Positions 25,751-36,385 of a stretch of 64,000 nt of DNA are shown here, piece by piece (position 1 is the first letter of the stretch; each line of letters begins with the position of its first letter). The notes under the pieces are model-generated. The model made no database searches. It worked only from the letters and a program-made list of their open reading frames with translations, and had not been told where the DNA came from. Origin of the DNA: Camelus ferus. Taxonomy: Eukaryota. The DNA lies in assembly GCF_009834535.1 (NCBI RefSeq), contig NC_045696.1, forward strand, positions 85,996,001 to 86,060,000, read 5' to 3'. Position numbers and translations under genes: made by a program.

Positions 25751-28420
25751 AAAGTAGGTGTGGCAGAAGGTACCCAGGTGAATTATGTGCAATACCTACA
25801 GAAGCTTTAATATGCAGAATTAGATTTTTGCATGGCCAAGTAAACTCCTCCCATGAAAGGAATTTAGTGAAATAATTAAAAGAAATATGCAGTGAGCCAT
25901 ATACAATATGATGCCTTCAGATTTATGAAAATTGAGGGAAACTTGGTAATACAAGAAAAAGAAAGGTACCTAGGAAATATGAGAAACTTAAGTTCTACAA
26001 GGCAGATCAGAACTTGTGGTCTCCTTGCCCACAGTAAATATAGTGGGTTATAAAAATTCCTTCAGAATGATTTAAATTACTCAACATCTATATTTTTTCC
26101 AAAGATTCCATTACAATTATAGATGATGTGGGGGAAAAAAAAGATCTAGGCTCTGAACTAGATATACCTTTAAGATAAGATAGACTGATAATGTTTTAAA
26201 TAGGTAAGACAGACCTATAGTCTTATTATCAGAACTATTATTATAATATATAAATAAATATGAATATCACTACATTTGTGCAAATACAAATCCGTTCCTT
26301 ACACATGGTTAAAATAGACACAATGGAATAATTTCTTGAAGTATTTCATTATGTACATTCAGATAGAACTGTTTCTTTCATTTCTGTGGTTTTTTAAATT
26401 CATTTTCATTTATAGCCATTTTTATAAATGTCAGTAACTCCTCTAGTATACACATTTCCACTCTTGTGCCCAATTGTATCTAATTCACAAAAATAAAATA
26501 TAATGATTATACTTTTATGTAAAACACCAAGTTTGCTTAGTATCATTACAAGCTGAATAAAGATAGATTTCCAAATATGAAAAGAACAGGTTTGCCCTGC
26601 TATTGCTTTGAGCCATTTAAAATACTCTGACTTTGGTTTATATAACTAGTGCTATTTATGATTCATAAAAAGGGGTTTTTATAGGAAACTAAAGGTGTAA
26701 GGCCACACACTAAAGCTGTTAAAATGTGTGCAAAAAAAATATGTTTCATTTTCAGCAGCATAGGTGTGAAATATTCTTTCTTTCCCCTGAGTTTATCGGT
26801 TAGCTATGAAATATTTATGACAGATGCAAGAATAAAAATGAGAAGGCTGGATAGGATGGAAAATTAAAGGTGTTGAAATAAATTTGATTCTAAAACAGAA
26901 GAACAAAATACTAAACACTATAACAAACTCTTAGAGATAGAGATATATTGAAATCCAAATGCAATAGTAGATTATTTTCTGGCCATAATATTAGTTTGCT
27001 TAAAGGATATTAATAGAAAATAGGAATCAATGTTCTAACCTTGATATAATCTTTAAACTTATTTTGGAGTGACGATCCGAGAACTGCAGAAATGATCAAG
27101 TTAGCTCACTCACACATACAAAATAGCACTCACAGAAAAAAAAAAACACACCCACACACACCCACACATGCCCTTAACTAACCTCAAAGAGTTGATTCCT
27201 ATTGTGTAGAGCTAGTGATCTTCAGAGTATATGACCTTTTGTGTCTGTTCCTTAAATCTCTCTGACTCATTAGATAAATGCAACCAGAGTAATTTTGTTT
27301 TTTTGTATTTAGGTCAAGGTTAGGAAAATATACTTATAAAGCTGGACAGGTAAAACAGTCTCTTTGGGAATTAGTGGGTTTTCTCGTGTACTTTCTAGCA
27401 TGGCCCTGACTACCACTTGATTGGAAAATATAGAAGGATTAGAAGTGTAATGAGTACAAAGTTACACATTTACACAGTTCGCCGGTAAAAAGAAAAGAAG
27501 GAACTTTGTATCTCTGTGACTGAATTTAGTTTAGCTTGTTGGTTTTCTACTTACTTTTTTGAATAACAATAGTAAACATGGTGCAGGGTTTTCCTTCCTT
27601 CTCCTTCTCCACTTCTGCTCAATGGACCTAATTTGCAGTGCTTCGTGGGTTATTGTAGCATCCAGGGGAACAGGGCATATGGTTCATTATGGGCCTCTGT
27701 CCGCTACAAGACTTTGCAAATGTACATAATCCCTTCTGGTCTTTGGTCGTCAGGAAACTTTTGTGCTGCCTTTGCATCTCTAATGCCTCCATTAACTTTT
27801 TTTGCTTTTCTGTTTCCATGTCTAATTGGCTCTCTCTCCATCATCCTCTTTCCAGACATGATGTGTCTCCAGATTGACTAGCTCACAGGTAGTTAAGTTT
27901 TTGTTTCTCTCAGGAGGATAGGAACTATTCAGATGTACTATTTACACTATTCTGGGAGCCTAAAACTCTGTGTGTCCTAGATATCTAGCTGTCTCATTAT
28001 CTTACTGAATTTCTATTTAACTTGGCATCTCATGCACTTGTTTGTCAATTGCTCTGGCATCAAGCTAGATGTTTAAAGTTCTCTAATAGGCTTGCAGTAT
28101 CCCAGACTTTTCCTTAGGAAACTAAAAGCATATTCCTTAAACCTTCAAGGATCCCTAAGCTTATCCATGTTTCTTATTTCCCCTCTCTCTCCTCCTACTT
28201 AGGATTTGGCCTAATATAAGAATCAGTCATTGCTATCTCTGGAACACTGTCCTCTGTCTAACTTTATTAAAATTTATTAGTCATCTTTCAGTTCTTAGGC
28301 TCTTTCAAACTGTGGCCCAGAAATTAACTTCATTTCTTTTCTGTGTGATGAGAAAATTAGCTCTTATGTTTTAAATCACACTTTCTAATTTAATTCTGTG
28401 TTCTACATTTTATGACCTTA

Positions 28421-28870
28421 AAGTTAGTTGAACAGTAGCCCCAACAATATATACAAATCCTAATCCCCAGAACATGTAAATGCTACTGGAAAGAGGGTTT
28501 TTGCCCATGTATTTCAGGATATGGAGATGAGGAGATCACACAGGATTATTCAGGTAGGTCCTAAATACCATCACAAGTATCTGTATAAGAGGGAGGCAGT
28601 GGAAGATTAGGCAGACACACACAGGGAAGAAGACAATGAGGATGGAGGAAGAGAATGGAGCTGTGACTAAAGCCAAAGAGTGCCAGTGGCCACAAGAAAC
28701 TGTAAAAAGCAATGAACAGATTTCCACTAAAGCCCCTGGAGAACGCATGGCCCCAACAAAACCTTGAGTTCAGACTTCTGGCTTCCGGAGCTGCAAGAGG
28801 ATAAATTTCTATTGCTTTAAGCCATTTTGTTTGTGATAATTTGTTAGAGCATTCACGGGAAACTAATACA
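28421..28870 (+). mobile_element. MaLR solo LTR (MLT1C-like)
   Basis: tcctaatccccagaacatgtaaatg...cagacacacacagggaagaagacaatg...cagacttctggcttccggagctgcaagaggataaatttct...ggaaactaataca. Confidence 0.88.
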
Positions 28871-29077
28871 GCCTGATTTTACCAAGGATTAGCTTTTGAT
28901 AGTTAAAGATAGCTAAAGAAAACCTTTTGAGATAAATGTGTGTATGAGTGTGAAGGAGTGTGGGTGTGTGTATACCTCAGAATGCTCAGGTTCTGCAAAT
29001 AAGAACACGGCTTTAAAACTGGTGGTTACTGTTACCAATTTGGAGATCTATTCAGAAACTCTCTCCTCTTTTGGTTA

Positions 29078-29428
29078 TGTTGTAGGCAAAATAATGGCTT
29101 CTCAAATATGTCCATGTTCTAATGCCCAGAACCTGTGAATATGCTGTTTTATGACAAAGGGGAATTAAGGTAGCAGGTGAAATTAAAGTCATTCACTAAC
29201 CAGCTGATTCTAAAATAGTGAGACGATCCTGGGTTATCTCAGTGAGTTCAATGTAGCCACAAGGTTCTTGAAAGAGAGGGAGGCAAATTTGGGAGTTTGA
29301 GATATGCAAATGATAACCACTATACGTATAAGTAGCTAAAACATTTCTTCTCTATAGCACAGGAAACTATATTCAATATCTTGCAGTAACTTTTAATGAA
29401 AAAGAATGTGAAATATATACACACACAA

Positions 29429-29482
<54 letters not shown>

Positions 29483-29860
29483 GACTGGGACATCATGCTC
29501 ACACTAGAAATTGACACATTGTAACTAACTATACTTGCATAAGAAAAAAAAAAGGGAAGCAGAAGAGTCAGTGTCAGAGTGATATATATGAGAAAGACTC
29601 GAATGTACTTTGCTGGCTTTGAAAATGGAAAGGGGTCACAAGCCAAGGAATGTATGCAGCATCTAGAAGCTGGAAAAGACAGGAAAACAGATCTTCTCAT
29701 AGAGCCTCCAGAAGGAAAAAAGCTCCAGTGTCTCCTTGGTCTTAGCTAAGATTCACTTTGGGCTTCTGACCCCCAGTGAGATGTCCCAAATATTCATAAA
29801 TTTGGGCTTAGCTACCCAGTTTGCAGTAATATGTTATAGTGGCAATAGAAAATGAATACA
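29078..29860 (+). mobile_element. MaLR solo LTR (MLT1D), interrupted by an L1 3' fragment
   Basis: tgttgtaggcaaaataatggc...ggggaattaaggtagcag...agtcagtgtcagagtga...tctagaagctggaaaagacaggaaaacag...gcaatagaaaatgaataca. Confidence 0.9.
29286..29552 (+). mobile_element. 5'-truncated camelid/artiodactyl L1 3' end with internal (CA)n(TA)n
   Basis: tgggagtttgagat...tatagcacaggaaactatattcaatatcttg...gaaattgacacattgtaactaactatactt plus poly(A). TSD agggaggca (29277-29285) / agggaagca (29553-29561). Confidence 0.88.
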
Positions 29861-30697
29861 AAGATTTGCCAAGGACTATATTTGATACAGATAGCTAAAG
29901 ATAACCTTTTAAGATAAACGTGTGTGTACGGTAAAATGTTAAGCTTTTCAAAGAACTTGTTTTCAGAGTCTGTGGTTTCTATTGTAAATTCAGAGATGTA
30001 TTCAAAAACTCAGTTGATCTCTGCTTTAGCTTATTTCTTCCCAAGATCAAAGGCTCTGTTCACAATAATCTGTCAAATCCAGAGAAGTGTATCGGCTACA
30101 AGGAAGCACTAGAAAAAGTTGATTCACTGAATTTCTATTCACTTCTTCCAATCTTCCCAGTCTCACAAACAGCAAGTATTTCTCATCCAGTTGTCCCTCT
30201 CCCTCCCTATCTAAGAAAGTAGCACTCATGTTCTATCTCTAGAATGTTGTGTAGAATTCTTCCCCTCGCTGCTCCCATGTTGGGATAAATACTTTTACTC
30301 CCAAGAGTCTCTCTTTCTTGTCTACTTTTGAAATGATCAACTTTATCTCCTGGAAGATTTTTTTCTTCCAGTGTAATGCATGTGAATTGAGGTTACCTTA
30401 AAGGGAAATTGATAGGATTAAATACTCTTTTGTAAGAATTGAATGCAATTTAATCTGCTTTCAAAACTCAAATGCTTTTCCATTAGTCTATGTGTATCAG
30501 TTGTCTAATATTAGGCACCAGGAGGAAAAAGACTCTAGAAAAAGACTCTAGGGAGCATGTAAGTGAAAAAAAAAAAAGAAAAGAGAAGAAAAAAATTTTC
30601 TCATGGGTCAACTTGACTCTATTAATTATTTCTGTCTGGCTTCCTAAGCCCTCCCAGCCTATTTAGCATTGATATTGATAACTGGGTATCATCTTTT

Positions 30698-31001
30698 AAT
30701 TTTTTTATTTTATTTTAGTTTTTAACATTTTTTATCGATTTATAATCACTTTACAATGTTGTGTCAAATTCGTGTAGAGCACAATTTTTCAGTTATACAT
30801 GAACATATGTATATATATTCATTGTCACATTTTTTTCTCTGTGAGCTACCATAAGATCTTGTGTATATTTCCCTGTGCTATATAGTATAATCTTGTTTAT
30901 CTACAGTTTTGAAATCCTGTCTATCCCTTCCCACCCTCTGCCCCCTTGGCAACCACAAGTTTGTATTCTATGTCTATGAGTCTATTTCTGTTTTGTGTTT
31001 A
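30698..31001 (-). mobile_element. Young 5'-truncated camelid L1 3' end
   Basis: Reverse reads catagaatacaaacttgtggttgccaaggggg...atagcacagggaaatatacacaagatctt...A-rich tail. Perfect direct repeat gataactgggtatcatctttt at 30677-30697 and 31002-31022. Confidence 0.93.
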
Positions 31002-32000
31002 GATAACTGGGTATCATCTTTTTAGTTACCATTTTCTTGACATTGTTCGTTTTCCAGCAAGCAAACAAACAAAAAAAGGTCATTGTACTTCTTTTAAACA
31101 GTAAAGAAACAATTCTCCTTCAAGTGTTAAGACACCTAGCTTGGCTAAGAATCCTTAAATCTTTTACCAGAGACACAATTAGATGAAGCTGGGTTCTCTC
31201 AGAAAATTTAAAGTTGTTATATTTGTCAGCAAATTATCTCAAATCTACCCTTTTATAATTTTTATTATTTTAAAAATTGTGATCAGATAGTTAATAGAAA
31301 ATGAGTGTCTTAATTTAGAAAAACAGTAACTATTAGTTACTAAGAATGAGGTGAGCACACCCATGACTCTACATAGACAATCTAAATTATCACTTAGATG
31401 TTTATCCATCCAGACCCCCTTAAATACACATGAAGACCAAAAATGTTTGGCATTATTAGCATATATTCTATTGAAAAATTAATTTTTTATTTAGGAGAAA
31501 TATGTGAACTCCATCTCATGTTAACAAAAATTTATATTTTTAAGTGGCATAAAGACTAAGAATATCAAAGTTGTAAGAACATTATTACAATAGGAAAAGG
31601 GAAATAAAACTTTATTTTTCATGATAATCCAACTAGTTGTGATTTCTATGTAAAGTAATCATGTAGTGCACATTCTTAAAAATATTTTAAATTAATTTAT
31701 AAAAGAATATGCTTATATAGTTTTGAAATATCTTTATTTCATTATTTTACATTTAAGAAACTGTGATAAATACTGCAAAGTGCCAGTGAGAATTGGTTCA
31801 CCTTGATAACACAGTTCACGTCACTAACGCACCAGTAAGGAAATAACTTCAAATTATAAGAGTAAATTTGAAAGCCTGGAGAAATGGAAATAGTAAGAAG
31901 TCTCTATAGTAAACACAGACAGTAAAGATTTGTAATAGTGACAGCAACTCAATAAACAAATACATATCTTTTGGCGCTCTTATATTTCAAGAATATCTTA

Positions 32001-32304
32001 AACAGATTCATAGACATAGACATAGAATACAAACTTGTGGTTGCCAAGGGGGAGGGGGGTTGGAAAGGATAGACTGGGAGCTCAAAATTTGTAGATACTG
32101 ACAGGCACATGCAGAATAGATAAACAAGATTATACTGTATAGCACAGGGAAATAGATACAAGATCTTGTGGTAGCTCACAGCGAAAAAAAAAATGTGACA
32201 GTGAATCTATGTATGTTCATCTATAACTGAAAAATTGTGCTCTACACTGGAATTTGACACAACATTTTAAAATGACTATAACTCAATAAAAAGTGTTAAA
32301 AAAC
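32001..32304 (+). mobile_element. Young 5'-truncated camelid L1 3' end
   Basis: Same family as 30698-31001 in the opposite orientation. TSD agaatatctta (31990-32000) / agaatgtctta (32305-32315). Confidence 0.93.
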
Positions 32305-35049
32305 AGAATGTCTTAGATGGTCATGAATTTTTTAATTAAGACTAACTATAAAGAGTTAAACTTTAAAACAATTTGAGAAAAAAACAGTTTCTGCTTTTAT
32401 TTTGGTGGGGAAGAATTGGAGAAAAATATAGGAGTCTCCCATTAGGTTAATTTCTGAAATTTCACTGCATCTATCCACCACTTTCACTTTAGCAAGATTA
32501 AAGAACCAAGATGTAGTGGGCAGTCCTCAGCATTCTGCCCATCAATAGAGATGGATTGTGAGTAATAAAATCATTCACAAAGTATTCTTCAGATGCCTTC
32601 AGACACCCTCACGTAGAGTGGAGCCCATTATTTCTGAAGGTTGAAATATTGAAAGTTGTAAAAGCAGTTTCAATGAATATGAGCTAGTACTATTCAGTCT
32701 CCCAATTAGTAATAAGTTGACTTAGTACACTTTTTTCATTTGTATTTCAATTTTCTTCTATTATACTCACTATAATTTCCTTCATTTGTTTTCACCCAAG
32801 ATGATTGAACTGACTGACCACTAAACTGATTATATAGGCCCACATATCCTAAGACCATTGTTACTGTACAATATCCAGAGCATCTTGTGGTAAGCCTCCA
32901 AAGCTACATAGCCTTTGTAATCTGAAAGTTTTCCAAATAAAAATGGGATTTTTATTTAGTATTTCATGGCTGCCAAAGTAAAATTGACATGTTGCTGGGT
33001 TAAATAAAATACACATGTTACTTGCCTACATACTGTTTATGTCTGTATTGGGATACTTGAAATGTATCAAAGGAGACAGGTGGTGGAATGAAACCCATCC
33101 CTAAATTTCCTGCAGCCTAAAGGCAGCAGGAGACCAAGTTTCCCCGTGTAAACACAGTAATTGGTTGGGAGGCCTGCTCTATTCCGCTTTTAATGCTTAC
33201 AGAGAGCTAACAGCTCTCAGTCCACACCGAAAAGACAAAAGAAACATATGAAGAGCTATTGTAAAAGAAAGAAAAATAAGGGAGATCAAGAAAACAGAGT
33301 TTATCTGACTTCTCATCTGTCAAATTTTCATCCTTCTTTTACTTCTATTCTCCTCTCTATGGTGACTAAATGAAACGTCTTTTAAAAGTTACCACCAGTT
33401 AAACACCACTGTGTTAATAGTGGCTGCTGTCTCTGCTTTGTAATGGCACTCCTTCCAGAGGCAGAGTTTTCCTTAATTACTGACAGAAGGAGCTTCTCCA
33501 GGCAGAGCAGATTTAGCTGGAGATGAGGCAGTGGGGTTGGCAGTTATGACTGGAAAAGTAAGATAGTAAAGATTCAATACTGGTGATAAATAAAGAAGGC
33601 GACTCAAACAGTACTAAGGTTATGTTTTTCTTATAGCTTGATTTAAGAACTGTAGCATGAGGTCACAAAGAATGACCACACATTTAATACCTATAGCAGT
33701 TGGGTATCACTAATGCCATTTTATTGAGCGTACAGAAAAGACTAAACAGGCTTCGACATAGCAGAAGCACCCGGAGATACCAGCTTAGCCAAAGCATCCC
33801 AATCATGGAGACTCTATTAAGGCCCTGCTGAAACAAATCTGAATTTAATTTAAACTCCACAGGACGGGGTGCTCTTTGCTCTTCAGCTGCTGTTTTTGCC
33901 TCAACACCGAGGATTGGGGCTTTTTATCAGCCACCTGCTCTTCCACAAAACTGTCTTAACTGAAATGGATAGTTTGTCTTTTTTTTTTTTTTTATGATTT
34001 TTAACAGTCAAGATCTGTGTTCCAGGACTGCTGCAGAGATATCTCTGAGAAAGAAAAAGAATAAATCCTTCTTAATATTTTGCATCAGCATAAGTAAGAT
34101 AGGTAGATTCATGTTGAAATCAGTAGTTAACACTCTGTGTTGGATGTAAGCAGAATGAGAGGCCAAAGCCATTAATGCTCCAGGCTTTTTGTTAAGTATC
34201 TTTGAATGAATGAGTGCAATTTCCACTGAATACTCTCTCTTTGAATTACTTCCTACTCTGCATTGCACAAAACATTTTTGAGGTAGATGGCAAAATCAGA
34301 GTTATTCTCTAAAAAAAGTTTTATTACAAAAACTTCTATACTATACTTTCTTGAGTTAGGATAGGCTAAAGGCTAAATGCCATGGTTGCATGGGCTCAAT
34401 CAAGATAGGATTTAAAGTGTTGTTTCAACAGTATCCTCCTTGGTTTATGTTGTATTTTTATATTGGGATCTGTGAAGTCATTCAAGATGACAGAAAGGTG
34501 GGGAATTAGAGCCAACTGTTGTTTTGTAAAACACTCTGGACCAGGACCAGTTACATCTAACTTACAGAACCATTCTGGTTCTGTTACTTATAAGTTGTTC
34601 TCTTTATACCTGCATAGAATCCACTTTGTTTAGTTTCTAAACTGGAATGCCATAATAGATATTTTAAGCATGAGCATCACACCCTGAAATGTTATGAGTT
34701 GTAAAGTATTTTCCCCAGAGAAATTTTCAAATTGCCTTAGTAACTTTATTTTTCCTGTACATTTTAGATTCCATAGACATTTTGCACTACTGTATTCAAT
34801 ATATATTTTTGAATTAATTAAATCTTATTCTTAGTAAGGTCTTTGGGAGAATACAAACTTTAATAATAATTCCAGCACTCAGCAGTATTTTAATATAAAA
34901 TTGGAGATGACTAAAGGAAGTGTCATTTAAGATTATGATCGTGTTCACCTGTCTTTTCAGTTGAATTAAATAAATGTGTGGGTTTTTGAATGACATAAAT
35001 AGATTGTTTGGATTACAGCTCAGTGAATATTCTGGTTGTAGAGTGAAGA

Positions 35050-35540
35050 GACCCTTGAATGTCAATAATGATAAATTTAGCTTTAGGTGAAAAATGGAAA
35101 ACTGAAGATGTTTGAGTAAGTGCCCTAGTCAATTTTCAAAATTTCTGGAGTAAGCAGCAGAGCAGCCAGTTGCCGGTGATTAAGCTTAAGTTCAATTTGG
35201 AAAGTCAGAAAGCACGAGGGAGAAGGATCATTAAAGATAGAACTAACATATTACTTTGATAAAAGAGTGGTACTACTGTTAGAAATGGAGAAATCTAGAT
35301 TTTCAAGGCTTTTTTTTGGAAGGATGATAATTACTTCAGCATTGAAAATGCCAGATTGGCAAAGAAAATTTTCATAGTGTTGTCTGATATGTTAAACAAG
35401 AAGACAAACATACAAGTAATGATTGATTTAGTAAAGGTGAAAATGGAAGTTTGGGGCATGAATGAGATTATAAAAGAAGAATTTCAATTATTGAAGCAGA
35501 AAAGGCCAAGTAAGAGAACCTTAGTGAAGATGAACATGTG
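35050..35540 (-). mobile_element. LINE-2 fragment
   Basis: Purine-rich reverse L2 pattern: agaccttgaatgtc..., aaggatgataattacttcagcattga, gaatgagattataaaag. Confidence 0.5.
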
Positions 35541-36164
35541 AAAAATTACCTCCAAATTCCTGAAAAACATTACAGAATCCTGAAAAAGTATTTTCATTGG
35601 GTAGTAGGAAAAAAATCCTTTATTTTTGTTTGTGATTTGTATATGTCTTTGTTTATCATCAACTTATCATCAACATGCTAACAGTTTTGATTTATAGGTA
35701 TTTTTATTTCTCTCCATAAAATTTAAAGGGAGGAATGAAAATGTAGAGCAATAAAAAGAGAAAACACCATTTCTTTTTAGATTAGCTCAGAGTTACTCAT
35801 TAAGTAACCTCAGTGTTGATAGTCAATCTCCAGTTCCATCCCTAGATCTTGATTTAATTTTTCTGGTACTGGATATTGGTGCTTTTAAATATCTTCCAGG
35901 GCTTCCAGCGTAATCTGGGCTTGAGAAGCACTGTAGTCCGTGGTACACTTATTGTTGCTTCTTTAGCTATTAAAAGGTGAGGACTATTCTAAGATGATGA
36001 TAAAAGGAAAATAGTAATTTTATTCCTAAAGCATATTTATATCTGACTTATAACTAAAAATCTTAAATGTTATAAATGCTAAACAGCCCTCTAGATTCAC
36101 AATTTTTCACAAGAGAAATTAGACCCCACAGTCTAATTGGAATCTTTACCAGCATGTGTCACAG

Positions 36165-36385
36165 ACTCGCTGTGAGCCAAGAGCTGTTCTAAGCGCTTTG
36201 TATATTAACTGATGTAGTAGTCACACTCAGTCGGTGAGACTCTCTATTTTACAGATGAAGACACTGAAGAAGAAATGTAACATAAACGTTATGAAACTCG
36301 TTCAAGGTCACACACACATTACATAGCAGATCTAGAATTCCTTCCAGGCTGTCCAGCTCCAGAACCCACTCTCTGAGTCATGGAG
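36165..36385 (-). mobile_element. MIR SINE
   Basis: gctgttctaagcgctttgtatattaact...attttacagatgaagacactgaag...caaggtcacac...ctccagaacccactctc. Confidence 0.85.

Noticed and set aside
29320..29700. Longest ORF (126 aa)
   Set aside because: Antisense read-through of MLT1D, an L1 tail and a CA/TA microsatellite.
28421..29860. Intact MaLR provirus (LTR-internal-LTR)
   Set aside because: The LTRs appear to be different subfamilies, the spacer is only ~200 bp, and it recurs after the second LTR.
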